A stretch of DNA of 64,000 bases from NCBI GenBank assembly GCA_964035575.1, contig OZ037838.1:124001-188000 (forward strand), in the 5' to 3' direction. The position numbers and the translations under genes are program-made. Shown here piece after piece: positions 40,401 through 49,988 of this stretch; position 1 is the stretch's first letter; every line of letters starts with the position of its first letter. The notes below the pieces were generated by a model that was not told where the DNA came from, made no database searches, and was given only the letters and a program-made list of their open reading frames with translations. This stretch comes from Rhynchopus sp. YZ270_cl-10 (Eukaryota).

Positions 40401-41767
40401 TTGGAAACGCTGTTGGAACTGCTGCTGGAACTGCTGTTGGAGACGCTGCTGGACCCGCCGTTGGAGCTGCTGCCGCAGAAGCCATTGGAACTGCTGTTGA
40501 AACTGCTGTTGTGCCTGCTGTTGGACCTGCTGTTGGAGCTGCTGCTGCAGAAGTCTTTGGAACTGCAGTTGAAACTGCTGTTGTGCCTGCTGTTGGAACT
40601 GCTGCTGGAACTGCTTTTGGAAACGCTCTTGCTGCTGCAGAAGCCGTTGGAACTGCTGTTTAAACTGCTGTTGTGCCTGCTGTTGGACCTGCTGTTGGAA
40701 CCGCTGCTGCTGAAGCCTTTGGAACTGCTGGTGAAAAAGCTGTAGAGCCTGCTGTTGGAACTGCTGCAGTAAAGGCCTTTGGAACTGCTGCTGCTGCACA
40801 CCAGGGGTGATACTGGGACCCCACCCAGGACTCCGAAGATTTCGTTTTTGCTGCTATCACAGTTGCAGCCACTGATGTGGTTGGGCATACATTGCCTCTT
40901 TTTGGGGATATCATGGGGGGAAGGGGGGTGTGGGTTGTTATGACAACAGTTCTTTACTTTGTTGCCTCCACACACGTTTTTGTTGCTGCTATCAAAGCTG
41001 CAGCTGCTTGGGTTGTTGGGCTCAAGAGGCCTCTTTTTGGGGTAAAAAAGGGGGGGAATGGGGCTCCTGCCACTGATGAGGAAGCTGTTGTAGCATAGGA
41101 AGCTGCCGCTCCTGCTGTTGGTGCTCCTGCTACTGCTGTTGATGCAGCTTATGTTGTTGCTGCTGTTGCTGCTGTTGCTGCTGTTGCTGCTGTTGCTGCT
41201 GTTGCTGCTGTTGCTGCTGTTGCTGCTGTTGCTGCTGTTGCTGCTGTTGCTGCTGTTGCTGCTGTTGCTGCTGTTGCTGCTGTTGCTGCTGTTGCTGCTG
41301 TTGCTGCTCTTGTTGCTACCGTTGTTGTTTCTGCTGCAGTTGCAGCTGGTGTAGCATATGCTGCTGTTGCTGCTGTTGCTGCTGTTGCTGCTGTTGCTGC
41401 TGTTGCTGCTGTTGCTGCTGTTGCTGCTGTTGCTGCTGTTGCTGCTGTTGCTGCTGTTGCTGCTGTTGCTGCTGTTGCTGCTGTTGCTGCTCTTGTTGCT
41501 ACCGTTGTTGCTTCTGCTGCAGTTGCAGCTGGTGTAGCATATGCTGCTGTTGCTGCTGTTGCTGCTGTTGCTGCTGTTGCTGCTGTTGCTGCTGTTGCTG
41601 CTGTTGCTGCTGTTGCTGCTGTTGCTGCTGTTGCTGCTGTTGCTGCTGTTGCTGCTGTTGCTGCTGTTGCTGCTGTTGCTGCTGCTGTTGGTGTAGCACC
41701 TGCTGCTGCTGCTGATGCAGACATGCAGCACCACCCACAACGCCCCCAAAAGGGCCTTCCTCCTCAT
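31475..41767 (-). CDS. Retrotransposon polyprotein (~3,430 aa from the first ATG): Ser/Asn repeats, TM-like segments, OTU-like, zinc fingers, RT, CCHC+RLE, OTU-like, Cys-rich finger, coiled coil
   Basis: RT motifs: [42 protein letters not shown] (YLDD at 36017-36028), FLGIPIG. CRE-type: [49 protein letters not shown]2H2: CPFDGC..HMRRH. The frame has no stop over 10.4 kb. The true start codon is uncertain. Confidence 0.9.
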   Translation of the reverse strand: MRRKALLGALWVVLHVCISSSSRCYTNSSSNSSNSSNSSNSSNSSNSSNSSNSSNSSNSSNSSNSSNSSNSSNSSICYTSCNCSRSNNGSNKSSNSSNSSNSSNSSNSSNSSNSSNSSNSSNSSNSSNSSNSSNSSICYTSCNCSRNNNGSNKSSNSSNSSNSSNSSNSSNSSNSSNSSNSSNSSNSSNSSNSSNSSNSSNSSNNISCINSSSRSTNSRSGSFLCYNSFLISGRSPIPPLFYPKKRPLEPNNPSSCSFDSSNKNVCGGNKVKNCCHNNPHPPSPHDIPKKRQCMPNHISGCNCDSSKNEIFGVLGGVPVSPLVCSSSSSKGLYCSSSNSRLYSFFTSSSKGFSSSGSNSRSNSRHNSSLNSSSNGFCSSKSVSKSSSSSSSNSRHNSSFNCSSKDFCSSSSNSRSNSRHNSSFNSSSNGFCGSSSNGGSSSVSNSSSSSSSNSVSKSSSSNRHNSSFISSSKDFCGSSSNGRSNSSSNSRHNSSLNSSSNGFCSSSSNSVSKSSSSNRHNSSFISSSKDFCGSSSNGRSNSSSNSRLNSSFNSSSKDFCSSGSNSRSNSVSKSSSSSSSNSRHNSSFNCSSKDFGSSSSNSRSNSRLSSSFNSSSKDFCSSVSNSRSSSSSNSRHNSSLNSSSNGFCGSSSNSVSKSSSSNRHNSRHNSSFISSSKDFCGSSSNGRSNSSSNSRLNSSFNSSSKDFCSSGSNSVSKSSSSSRHNSSLNSSSNGFCGSSSNSVSKSSSSNRHNSRHNSSFISSSKDFRGSSSNGRSNSSSNSRLNSSFNSSSKDFCSSGSNSRSNSVSKSSSSSSSNSRHNSSFNCSSIDFCSSSSNSRSNSSTNINSRRSNNNLGGGERGMLVFGVSLEGREGQSGCVMMRVWQKGCVQIEFWFDWWCNLWEVFTSLRQPDPCWVVEAPEWGVFVSFAVLDLWKDRRAPTLSHLILWLVGRRTRRTRRGHRSLNWTKSQAGRLRRRKAPCNRPPSPAAHPVFRRIRVADALRGALQCVAIWVLVFVGSELGRSAPHVLGCALFRDAEVLGVGVLRGLCRVRRGWRWLEGASERVRRWTGGIRVAASLVRASVMGVGQLSVCAAEWVWVAWSAGGCLAGFVALVGVARPLGWVLLLEVRRVAARRWTRRIGMAFGMLVVSLLVLLSLLWRAVTPWDLRPAPADPEHPISLSPFALTGGCANVNAPAYTEQAVSVDATLAKFGAKRIPNVSTNDCGYVALHLWDHDTQPDVRAMRKQLYDTAVEVSNRLVQVLGSQEAMTEFANGVTGEAHLNHLGLQLTATASRINIVVVQASEENPLVRITPGSKRVAKSYAESFQAKLPTVVIALCDSHFEAVELVPVVGKTKEGMAEKMRKEARQAVLDTAHLDGIIPTNTTTTAPLATKLGHINADRVFCPFDGCRAGILSSSDAVGGLSRKGLLQHMRRHQADGAYIPDELLGHLGMSRCANDQCDMLLPQSKEVCNTCTVHFGEEGFTAPSPSSRGMLTDQDDLPSFEVMGTTRIQLKGGCPDKHLQLYSELFLRVLMDILEYQDEVAWKRLALFFTVLHRTRTERGGKDQERRLTSTWGKDLEAWKAGQYVALWEQTVEERKPRPSGWSDEDTDEGRRKRTIAKARAGLPSQAMSCATSDGLAPQTPATLEKLQTKHPAAADSKALEQADWPQPQEVPPVTVVEVMKALRSMPKSSAAGPSNVTGAHLRTLCLQRRAKGTLAALAAVLTSLARGNAPVEVAEFFAGANLVALRKPAKGPGLEEDVRPIAVGDTLRRLVGKILSARVRVPARTLLLRGNQVGVATARGAAVATDVISQYAVRNRGKGKVILKIDYRNAFNCVDRLSMLRAVDANLPELAPWVRWCYLEPSSLFYGGDTIRSQRGAQQGDPLGPLLFSLTIHQMALELKGHPGLDGTLWYLDDGSLRGSPKAVFEAYQVLCTRSSELGLEVNANKCELISTGGVSKEDLEAVGFTLNEGGQDAMGEGGFRLLDVDGFDFLGIPIGSAAFCEEYMAQKVDDSRRNLEALVDLGDSQAAFYVLRYCEGYCRMVFYMRGIPQCAEYLTAFDDLIDRCLAALLHDPDGALPELARAQAALPVALGGLGIRRTVDHRTAASLASQSGNLQLSQALDPAFTWDEERWNSAAEEYNSRVPVAFHVDRAQPKKILEQQSLSSAVIDAQADKLMQQLCMRDRARMKSLLLPLSGTYLTATPSARNQMSSADFAVVTRFRLGVAIHAEGTTCSACQGGQKRVVMDSFGDHTFGCPYSKHRVARHNALRDSVYRAAQGAGLDPALEETVRVELESKKRPGDVYLPVGVAENGPRCLDITHVCPTLPSYRTGASKFVGWSAKNQGQVKREKHERDLNKINTKFSPIVFEAFGGAGDEANLLIAQLGGLTTGQTSHLTGSAELRIRESIAVAYQKKVASSFLERGAMCVGIATLKREPCVEVDVAPSAEDMDRFGRRSAGAVEPLCDDANPDDDMSRPADRTEEQQGKRKRDVKPDHVEPPRKRTGRFDSATVIPEGPGLDVVREWEFLRECPAAQRPRATEQAAKLGASKVTWSFVAGDCAFEALLFATGRTDLTVEGLRQAAVKKVQGRADLSSAAVPNFGVWQRLMTSGDRGDQRTWADAIAVAGAGEALEVSVVILNEFARPSLMVPRKRPKAVVLLLHSGDQDAADGSGSIPGHYEPLTMDPALQQHILSFEATGGKGECQSERPMAFVGAREAEASNTFLQCEQCSKLFDASDAHFCCHTCGGLACLHCAQGSKHCPLSQIGRAEYFSALSFLHSNVPAQAASAEGSGDPPPKRAPSPAVPAPEGEDVEEVDTPMAGEEGQQAEQKQQKHEKQRKQQKQQQQKADQEKKEALQRASDAWQQALEVRREHRRSWGPDLAALRGTFGDRQQELSRFLEEQNVRLDQAKAADRHRVEELTARHKRELAEDAKKMHAQYLEDCDRHPEAGESLRAEYDRQRCERHYAIAAKHESEQKATTLLLTAVNLSRQLEAERMVAYGRCFGVVCEGRLFLPCHAVRRAVGDDPEGLEPDCVGDWMALFGPQGASPCPGEFLYCWATQQPWSGNGEGDGDCPESVVARQAVRKIAGEAGYCDTWGKTSAVIVVREGRVSWGTPSRDQLEEEVGRQAEAADTEVRVKVEEMDDAEQEQEEDLDTAREGADRSHSLSVEGIPDQKKQARVRELLRAQSEAWMWTEEERTERGGLFPCLTMGSPVPSSVTKWISLFHYRQGEKQDGRPLLSLPLSTATFTQWYEVMKVVGLHEWSVQEKCKAKSTLHALTDNRSSRGQAFAAESTRRENEARAAREGIGRQPQASSSSSSSSTSAGRGTTTSIAQPAVSTSSSSSSAGRGNATSSAQPAPSPAPKGPQRHAAQGRSNTSNVFTDAVAQATQHVLSPQEVQRGRNGRGGGQKGRQSGGRKGKKGNKKN
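39210..41715 (-). repeat. Nested (AGCAGCAAC)n-derived repeats in the 5' part of the retrotransposon ORF
   Basis: Perfect 9-mer runs at ~41150-41690 encode (SSN)n. Degenerate higher-order repeats at ~39230-40790 encode [14 protein letters not shown] units. Confidence 0.95.
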
Positions 41768-41999
41768 TTTAAAAAAGACTTTAAAAAAGCAAAAACCAAA
41801 AAACGAAAACAAAGAAGGACAAGACACACTACGCCTTGCGCTTCGCCGGCCTGCACCCTCTACCGTTGCCCAGGGACCGCCCCGTGGAGGCGTACAAGGC
41901 TCACAATAAAACAAAGGAAAGGGGGAGGGAGGGTAAAAAGAAAGGACAAGTGTGTTGTAATGTGTAAAAAAATGGTCCCCTGTAAAAAAATGGTCCCCT

Positions 42000-42130
42000 G
42001 CTGTGGAAGCTGTGGAAGCTGTGGAAGCTGTGGAAGCTGTGGAAGCTGTGGAAGCTGTGGAAGCTGTGGAAGCTGTGGAAGCTGTGGAAGCTGTGGAAGC
42101 TGTGGAAGCTGTGGAAGCTGTGGAAGCTGT
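42000..42130 (+). repeat. (GCTGTGGAA)14 minisatellite; insertion site of the retrotransposon
   Basis: 14 perfect 9-mers plus GCTGT. One matching unit lies on the far side of the element next to the poly(A) tail. Confidence 0.95.
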
Positions 42131-42668
42131 AGCTGGAAGAGCTGTAGGAGTGTGGAAAAGAAGTAAAAAAAGCTCAAAAAAAGAGGAGTCGAAACGTGAT
42201 GGGAGAAAGTTAAGGGGTGGTGGATGGACTTAGATACGACATTGGTGTCCTCCTTCCTTTTTTACTGGAAGGGTAACAAGTTATGAAGTACAGTGGAGAA
42301 GAATAGTTTTGCAGTGAAAGAGAGATAGCGAAAGTAACGTGGTTGAGACCTTTAATCCCATGTGATTCTTTCAGCATTGGACACACTCGCGCTGGTGAAC
42401 CACTGCGAATCACTTAATTCCGAGGACGGAATATTGAGCGTGAAACGTGTAGTGCGATGTGAATTCACCCTCGCGCGACGTAGCCCACCAACCCACCCCC
42501 TTCCCCGCGTTTCTAAACAGAAACGTTCAATTGTAGTTTACAAAAAAATATACACAAAAGCAAAGTGAAATTGGCACCATCAGTTCTGCAGTAAGAAAAG
42601 GCGCGACAAGAAGAGTCCGAGCACCGTTGCTGGCGATGCGTGTTGGCAGCCTTCAGCTCCACGACTCC

Positions 42669-43553
42669 TCAGCAACTTCGAGGCGTGCAGGGTGGCGCTT
42701 CCGGCGCGTCTGTGCCTGAGTCTGGCGAGAGGGGGAACTGCGGCAGGTCGACTACGTCAGGGAGGACACGTTTCTTGAAAGGAAGCACCTGTGGGCTCGT
42801 GGGGCTGTGCTTGAAGTAGCCTGCGAGCGGAGGAGACAGCGGGAAAGGCCGCTTTGCGCGCTTCGGCGAGATGGACACACGTGCACAGTCGCGAGGTGTG
42901 CTCTGGTGGCTTGGGGTGAACGTTGTGTCGCGTGTTCCCGTACTGCGTGCGGGCGAGGACCCGCGCACCCTGCTGCTCGCGTCGATGTCTGCTGTAGTCG
43001 CACGGCTGAAGCAGCGCTCCTGGCAGTGCCGCACACGTGGTGAGGTGTCGCCAAGGCGCAGCTCGCTGAGAAGGTAGTCGTCCACACCGCTCATCCCCAC
43101 CCCTCTGGGGGAGCGGTCGGGTGAACCCCCCCGCACAGGTGTTGTCGCCCAGTGTGCAAGCTCCCTGCGTCGTGCTGCTGTCGCTGCTGTCTGCCGCCGC
43201 TGCCTGTCATACGTGTTGCGCCGCCCTACACTGTCCGAACGCCGCCGTGCGTCCTGTACATCCTCCGGCACGTTGCGGGTCCGCCCCCCCGCACTCCAGG
43301 AGCGCTCGCGTTGCGACACAGCGCGCTCTGCAGCTAGCACACACTTCGTGACGTCGCGCCCGGTGCGGCTGCGTTGCTCCTGTGGTATGTAGTTGGGGCT
43401 CACCTGCACACGCGCCAGCGTGCGTACAGGCGAGCTATGGTGCTGCTGTGCATCCACACCCACCCTACTGCCTGCATGCCGACGTTTCGGAAGCTTCGTT
43501 CGCCTTCCAGCCTGAGAGCTGGCGGGTGGCGGTGGTGGCGGTGGTGGTGGCAT
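42669..43553 (-). CDS. Hypothetical Arg/Ser/Pro-rich protein
   Basis: 294-aa GC-rich ORF with an ATG start, co-oriented with neighbouring genes. No recognisable domain; it may have other exons. Confidence 0.5.
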   Translation of the reverse strand: MPPPPPPPPPASSQAGRRTKLPKRRHAGSRVGVDAQQHHSSPVRTLARVQVSPNYIPQEQRSRTGRDVTKCVLAAERAVSQRERSWSAGGRTRNVPEDVQDARRRSDSVGRRNTYDRQRRQTAATAARRRELAHWATTPVRGGSPDRSPRGVGMSGVDDYLLSELRLGDTSPRVRHCQERCFSRATTADIDASSRVRGSSPARSTGTRDTTFTPSHQSTPRDCARVSISPKRAKRPFPLSPPLAGYFKHSPTSPQVLPFKKRVLPDVVDLPQFPLSPDSGTDAPEAPPCTPRSC

Positions 43554-44207
43554 GACGAGGTGGCTGCGTGTGGCGTCTTACGCAGCAATTTGACGTTGAT
43601 TGTGTGAAAGCTTATAACACGCAAAGGGAGAGAGAAAGTCTTAAAAAGATGGGAGGGAGGGAGATTAGCGGGGAGCACCCCCCCGTCGTTCTGAAAATGA
43701 GTGGTGATCGGTGAGAATGTGCCTGAACACTTCTCGATGTGAGGACACAAAACCGTGCACAATAGCGACACAAGAGGGGTGGAAGTCTTTTTTTGAAAAC
43801 TTGGTTGTATTAGTGTAGCCACATATTAGTGTGCTCCATTATACTTTTTTTATTAGTACCAAATGACAACAAGCAGGGTGCTGTACTCAGCTGCAATCCT
43901 TGCTCCGTATTGTCTGAAGGTTAGGGAGGTACCTTTTTCAACCCGCGTTTTGCAAAAAGAACTCATTTGCAAAACAACAAAAGACTCTTTTCCAATCGAC
44001 GTTCTTACTCCACTCGCTGCATTATGATGAATGCGACTGGCCTCTCGAAGTGGCGGCAGTTCCTACAAAATGTACGGTTTACAGCTTCTTGTTGTTGTGC
44101 TCTGCCCCCTGCTGCAGCCATGAGCACCGCGTGCATAACACGCTGCAAGCATGAGACATGTGTCTCTGTAGTCTGCCGCACACTAGCACCTGAAAATACT
44201 TCATAAA

Positions 44208-45629
44208 TCACAATAAAAGTGTCGTCCACCCCTTCCGAGTCGTGCGTCGGCGTCTGCCCCGGGGGCTTCTTGCTGTTGTGTTGTCTGCCCCTGCATCAAG
44301 GAGCACCTGCATCACTTCTGCATGTTTCTGTTTCACTGCCAAATGCAACGCAGTGTAGCCCTTGTTATCTGCGTGATTCAAATTCACCTCCGGCAAACCT
44401 GCAAGATAGCGCACAGTGTCGGTGTGGCCGCGAAGCGCCGCAAGCAGAAGACATGTGTTTCCTTTCGGGTCAACTGCATGCACTCCCGCACCGGCTTCAA
44501 CCAACTGCTTCACAATCTTTGCGCTCCCTAGAGGCGACGAAGCCAAGAGAAGAGGCGAGCACCCAGCACGGTCCGTTGCCTCAATGTCTGCCCCTGCATC
44601 AATGAGCACCTGCACTACATCTGCGTGTCTGTGTTCCACTGCCAAATGCAACGCAGTTTTGCCTTCGTCATTTACATGATTCACATCCACCTCCGGCAAA
44701 CACAGAAGAGAAAACACAACTTCTGTCTGAAACCTTTCTCCAGCAGACGACGCAGCCATCAGACATGCAACCACACTCTCTCTACTCACCCCTGCACCAG
44801 CTCTGACCAACAGGTCCACAATTGCAAGCACCCCTAGTCCACTGGCCAAGTACAGAGGGCGCCCGCTTCTGCTTTCTGCTTCAATATCTGCCCCTGCATC
44901 AATGAGCACCCGCACCACATCTTCGTTTTTCCGTTCTATTGCCCAATGCAACGCAGTATTGAGCCAGTAATTATTCGCGTGATTCACGTCCACATCCGGC
45001 AAGCCCACAAGATAGCGCACAGTCTCGATATGACCGTGATACAACGCAAAGATAAGACACGTGTCTCCGTCTTTGTCTGTGGCACGCACCCTCGCACCTG
45101 CCTTGACTAACAGCTTCACAACGTCGAGTGCTCCTGAACGGCAAGCCAAGAGCAGAGGCGAACGTCCCAAGTGGTCCTTTGTCTCGATATCAGCCCCTGC
45201 ATCAATGAGCACCTGACACACTGCAGGGTCCGACCACAGGGCTGGACAACCATTAGTGTTATTCGACTCGAGTGGGACATGCGCCACGTTGCTGCAGACT
45301 GACTTCCAATGCTGCAGGAGGACCTCCGTGCACGCAGTGTGGTCTGCATGGACACACTCACTCAGCAGGATCCCAAAGCCCATCTGTGTTGTCTCAACAG
45401 ACGGAAGAAGCAGTGCGAGGCATTCGTGGTGGTTCCCTCTGCATGCCTCGTGCACAGCATCGAAGACCACTGTTCTGTTGTCTGTGTCTGGGATGAGCTT
45501 CTCAAGTCCTGCCCGCACGGCAGCCGCATCGCCGTATCTGGCACCTGCTACCAAGACTGCTTCTGCGGAAATCGTTTCCCTCTTTGGTGCGTTGTCGTCC
45601 AGTGTGCTGTCTGCGTGTCGCTTCGACAT
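44208..45629 (-). CDS. Ankyrin repeat protein
   Basis: Multiple ankyrin repeats (GRSPLLLAC..G.LDVVKLLVKAGA, GKTALHLAVEHRHADVVQVLIDAGADIE, GYTALHLAV). First in-frame ATG (MSKRHAD) is at 45629. Confidence 0.93.
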   Translation of the reverse strand: MSKRHADSTLDDNAPKRETISAEAVLVAGARYGDAAAVRAGLEKLIPDTDNRTVVFDAVHEACRGNHHECLALLLPSVETTQMGFGILLSECVHADHTACTEVLLQHWKSVCSNVAHVPLESNNTNGCPALWSDPAVCQVLIDAGADIETKDHLGRSPLLLACRSGALDVVKLLVKAGARVRATDKDGDTCLIFALYHGHIETVRYLVGLPDVDVNHANNYWLNTALHWAIERKNEDVVRVLIDAGADIEAESRSGRPLYLASGLGVLAIVDLLVRAGAGVSRESVVACLMAASSAGERFQTEVVFSLLCLPEVDVNHVNDEGKTALHLAVEHRHADVVQVLIDAGADIEATDRAGCSPLLLASSPLGSAKIVKQLVEAGAGVHAVDPKGNTCLLLAALRGHTDTVRYLAGLPEVNLNHADNKGYTALHLAVKQKHAEVMQVLLDAGADNTTARSPRGRRRRTTRKGWTTLLL

Positions 45630-46626
45630 GGTTTTCTCCTTCGCTAATGTGTGGTGTGGTTTCCTTTTATGTGGGTTGTGAGGAAGAGGGGGGCAAAGCA
45701 GTGCTATCGAAACGTTCCACAAGACCCCTGAATGAGAGATGCTTCAGCTCAAAGAGCTACACTCAGCTGAGCCGACTACAATATATGTACTGTAAAAATG
45801 TATATTCCGACTCTCGGAAAAATCGAAAAAGTGTTCCCACAATTATTACGGTCCATGTATTTTGCGTTTACGGTATGGAGAAAGGTTTTCGTATTTCTTT
45901 TTTGCTTTTTTTTCGTCGACAGTCACCTGCACTCAATGTCGTATTGCACTTCTTTTATTCATTTTTTTTCTTTGACGTTGTTATTACTTTTTGGGGCATT
46001 ACAAATAATCTGAGGTCGCTGTGAACGACAACGTTTTTTATGCGTCAAAGGTTCGGGCACTCGCTCTTGCAGGCTCGCTCAGGCAGGCCACGGGGGTGCA
46101 CCAAACAGGATACGATAAAAACACTCAAAACATTGAATTTGCCCTTTTTTCTCTTTGAAAAAAAAAAGTTTAAAGATGACCCTAAGCCTCTCGCGAAGTC
46201 ACCTTCAAACAAAACATAAAAGAAAACTTGAAAATGCTGCTCTCATGCACATCTGAACTCTTGAAAGTGCGGAACGCTAAGTACCCACAGACGTGCACGG
46301 AAGAGTCTCCCAGGGTTGCAAGCACAACAGCACCACAACCTGGGGGATACTCCGTGTTTGTGAATATTGGCAAGACCACAATAATAAAATAGCACCTAAT
46401 AACAGTACACGTTCACTCACGCGCTTCTCTTATGATCCGATGACGCTGTGTGCGCCCTTTCCACGCTCGGGTGGGGCTAGCCAAGGAACAACACAGCCTC
46501 AGACGGGGACAAAAAAGGCACAAAAGAAAAGAAAAGAAAAAGGTTCACCAAAAAAAAAATAATGCTGATTTTCACTGCACAGCTAGGTCGTGGAGTGTCT
46601 ATAATAATAATATTATGTTTGGTTGC

Positions 46627-47852
46627 TTACTTGAGCCCTTTGACCAGGTCATCGCACAGGGCGTGTGCCGCTGCAGAGCGTTCAGGGTACGTCTTGTCCA
46701 GCTTTGCGTGCCACTCTAGGACGCCAACTGGTGTGACGGCGTCGACCTCCAGCATCAGCGCCACTGCCTGTGGGAACACCTCTCCCACCTCGTCCCCGTC
46801 GAGGGCAAGCTGCTCGGCAGCACAGAGGAGGTACTTCTCTGTGCTGTCTGAGATGACCTTCTTGAGGTTCGTTCTGTACACCGTGATGCGCTGTGCGAAG
46901 CTGTCGCTAGCAAAGAAGACTGTGCGCGAGAACACCTTTGCCACATCCTTCTTCTTCAGGCCAAGGTCCGTCTTGAGCGCCGCAAGCTTGAAGCCTAGGT
47001 CCATAGGAAGCGGTGCGGGTGTGGCGGCGAGGTATGCGTCCAGGGCAGCGGCCTGCGTCTCGATGGAGGACGCGTCGCCCTCGATGAATTTGTCTTCTGT
47101 GCTGCTCTTGCGTGACTTCTTCGCCTTCTTCTGAGACTCGTCCACGCAGGGCGGCAGCGGCTTCTCGTTGCGAACGATCAGGTTCATGATCTTCTCCCCC
47201 ATGTCCAGCGAGGAGTCCTTGCCGCACGCCTCGCAACGGATCTTCGCCCTCTTCTTCTCGTCCACAAACGTGTTCGTCTCAGGGTTCCTGCACCCCTTGC
47301 ACAGTACAAACTTGGTAATGTAGTCGAACAGCGACTTCTGCAGTGCGGCCTGCTCGTGTTCCCCTGTGATGATGTACTTGCCTGTCGTGACCTTCGTCTG
47401 TGCACCCAGGTCTGTGCCAAAGTATTTGAACGGGTAGTCTGGGTTGCGGTTCAGATACTTCTGCGCAATCTCAGCGATGTTGGGGAGCACAGTCTTGATG
47501 CCGTTGCCTTTGCCTTCAACCTTCGTGATGAGGGCAGGCATCTGAAGAGAATGAGTGGTGAGCATTAAAAACAAAGAAAGTTGTAAGATGAATGTCTCGT
47601 GCACATCTCAAACAATAGTATCCAACTGCTCTGTATGAGTCAATGGGTGTTGTTCGTTGAAATCCAATAGGTGGCGAACACTTTGCTTGGCGCAGAAGTG
47701 AGGGAAATTTAGGTGACGGTCTAAAAAATTGGTGAAAAGAACACTGGAAAATAGACAAAAAAAAAAGAGGGTGACATCATGGAACATACCTTGTACCTGT
47801 AGAAGCTGTCGTGCTGCTTCTCAGGGTCGATGGTCAACTCGTCGGAAGACAT
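46627..47852 (-). CDS. EIF5: Eukaryotic translation initiation factor 5; two exons (47790-47852 and 46627-47541)
   Basis: Exon 1 MSSDELTIDPEKQHDSFYRYK joins MPALITKVEGKGNGIKTV through a 248-nt phase-0 GTATG...TTCAG intron (47542-47789). This restores the eIF5 signature FYRYKMP..GNGIKT. It also has KYFG..LGAQT, the zinc ribbon FVLCKGCRNPET..CEACG and a W2-like C-terminus. Confidence 0.92.
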
Positions 47853-48296
47853 TGCTGCTACTGCGGAGGTGTGAGTTTGCTTCTGCGTCTGCTTCGATAC
47901 GGTGTGTGATACCCTCCCTCTCTCGTAGACCCTGATCCCGCAAAAAACATCTGGAAAGGAGTTATGGGTGGTTGGGTGGGGTGGGGGGTGGGTAATAATG
48001 AATCAAATGCAAAACAAAAAAGAATCAGAAACACATCGTTTTTGCCTTTGTCAGAATAAGGAAACAAAACCCCCCCACCGGTGTTGTGGAAACAACACAC
48101 ATGAAAATAAAGTTAATGCAGGCACCTCCGACTGACCCACGCACGATGCCAGCCATCCATGAAAACAAATTAACAATGATCTATCCCTCAGCCACCCCTA
48201 CTTCAAGCGATGTTCATAGACAAACACCTCAAAACATCCAGCAGAGACCCATCTTTTCTTACTTAAGAAAAACACCTTCAAGCATCCCCCAGCACC

Positions 48297-48659
48297 TCAC
48301 ACCAACGCGAACATGGGGTCAGTGACGACAGTGCCACGCTTGCTGACCTCGCGTGACACCTGGCACGCACTGCAGCACGGGCACAGCATGCCCTCGAGCA
48401 GGTCCTGCCACCACCGCCCACCTATGCCGTACCCGACGCGCACCTCATTGCGGTACACAACAGCCGCGTAGCAAGGACTGCAGCACGCAAACAGCAGGTT
48501 CAGCAGCAGGCTTGTGTGGTCGAAGTTCGACTTCGCCTTCGCCAGCCCGTACGGATAGCAGCACGCCACCACAAGACACCCACCGCAGTCCTCCCAGCAC
48601 ATACAGATGTGTCCTGCCCACTTCGGAGCAGACGAGCTGGTATGTTTGTTGCCGTCCAT
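48297..48659 (-). CDS. PLAC8 family (Cys-rich) protein
   Basis: W..HICMCWED...CLVVACCYP and YRNEVRVGYGIGG..WQDLLEGMLCPCCSACQVSREV match the PLAC8 pattern. ATG (MDGNK) is at 48659. Confidence 0.88.
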   Translation of the reverse strand: MDGNKHTSSSAPKWAGHICMCWEDCGGCLVVACCYPYGLAKAKSNFDHTSLLLNLLFACCSPCYAAVVYRNEVRVGYGIGGRWWQDLLEGMLCPCCSACQVSREVSKRGTVVTDPMFALV

Positions 48660-49040
48660 CACCCCATGTGGTGTGTGTCCTGATGAGGGGTAGAGCGTGG
48701 AGGGTGTGGAGGTGTTGGGGTAGCGGGAAATCCTCACACAGACAGGTGCTTTTTCATAGAGAGAGAGAGGTGCTTTTTTTTCTCGGGTTGAGGTGGGTAG
48801 GTGAGGTGGCAGACACAAAAAAAACGTGAACATGTTGTTCTCATCTTCTTGAATATCAGACTGTCATCTGTCGTAAAAACCCCCCCAAAGCCCCACCCCT
48901 GCTGCCCCACCCCAAAGCCAGTGTACACATCTTTTGTTTTGATGGATGTGACGTGACAGCTTCGACTACACATGAAAGAGCAGGCTTGAGTTCTGTCTTC
49001 TCTGGCTGTACTGTTCACACCAAACGTTCTGGCAGCACCT

Positions 49041-49988
49041 TCAGGAGGTATTCCGCACAGCGTCTCGCACAACACTGCTGCAGCCGTGGAGGTCGACTCG
49101 CGTCAACGAAGGGCAGTGCTCAGCAAAGCCTTTCCCCATATGTGTCACCCTGCTTAGCGATGACAACTTTATTACTTCCAAACGTGCGCAATCAACAAAA
49201 ACGTGGTCACCTATCTGCGTTACCCTGCTGAGGGGCGACAGATCCACTTCTTTTAAGTTTGTGCAGTGGGAAAGAAAACTACTGCCGATCTGCGTAATGT
49301 TGGCCAACGGCGACACGTCTAGTGCTGTTAAGCCGTCGCAGTGGGAAAGAAACTGACAACCGATCTGCGTTACGTTGCTCAGCGGCGACAGGTCTATCTC
49401 TCTGAAGCCTTCGCAGCAGGCAATAAAGCTGTCACCAATCTGCGTAACATTGTGCAACGGTGACAAATTTAGTTCTGTTAAACTGGGGCAGTACAGCATA
49501 AAGCCGTTGCCAATACGCGTGACAGTTTCCAACCCAGAGAGGTCGACGCTTGTCAACGACTGGCATTCGGAAAGAAAGTAGTCTCTAATTTCCGTCACAG
49601 CCGACACAGCGCTGAGATCAAGTCTCGTTAACGAAGTCCCACCCAAAAATTCGTCCGGGATGACAGTCGCAACCTCTGCCTGCAGGAGCAAGATCGCCAC
49701 CTTAGGATCCTCGACCTCCTGCAACCTTTCTTCGGTGAGGTCCGTCTCACCCAACGCATGCAGCGCTTCCAGGGCTTCGTATTTAGGTGTTTTCGTCAAC
49801 ACAACCGAATCCCCATCACTAAGTTGTGTGATGTCCTCTCCTTCGTCCTTCCCTCCGAAGCCCATATGAAAGCTGTCTTCGCACAACCCTGTTGCAGACG
49901 CCACCTTCTGCCGCATGGTCGCTGTTGTGTCATCCTCACCCACCTCGATCATGCACTGCTTGCCAAAGCCTTGGATAACCAGTTCCAT
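49041..49988 (-). CDS. Leucine-rich repeat protein (BspA/TpLRR-like) with an N-terminal ubiquitin-like domain
   Basis: ~24-aa repeats LxxxDLSPLxNVTQIGxxFLxxC. The N-terminus IEVGEDDTTATMRQKVASATG resembles a ubiquitin fold. Confidence 0.85.
   Translation of the reverse strand: MELVIQGFGKQCMIEVGEDDTTATMRQKVASATGLCEDSFHMGFGGKDEGEDITQLSDGDSVVLTKTPKYEALEALHALGETDLTEERLQEVEDPKVAILLLQAEVATVIPDEFLGGTSLTRLDLSAVSAVTEIRDYFLSECQSLTSVDLSGLETVTRIGNGFMLYCPSLTELNLSPLHNVTQIGDSFIACCEGFREIDLSPLSNVTQIGCQFLSHCDGLTALDVSPLANITQIGSSFLSHCTNLKEVDLSPLSRVTQIGDHVFVDCARLEVIKLSSLSRVTHMGKGFAEHCPSLTRVDLHGCSSVVRDAVRNTS

Larger units (their letters stand above)
30423..41999 (-). mobile_element. Full-length non-LTR retrotransposon, CRE/SLACS-like clade (RLE type)
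   Basis: A T65 run at 30423-30487 is the poly(A) tail, followed by a ~1-kb 3' UTR. One long ORF carries RT and a restriction-like endonuclease. The direct repeat GCTGTGGAAGC at 30412-30422 and 42000-42010 is a likely TSD. Confidence 0.92.

Noticed and set aside
39054..40745. 563-aa Leu-rich plus-strand ORF, and poly-Q/poly-AT frames
   Set aside because: These are antisense or alternative-frame shadows of the CAG/AAC repeat region.
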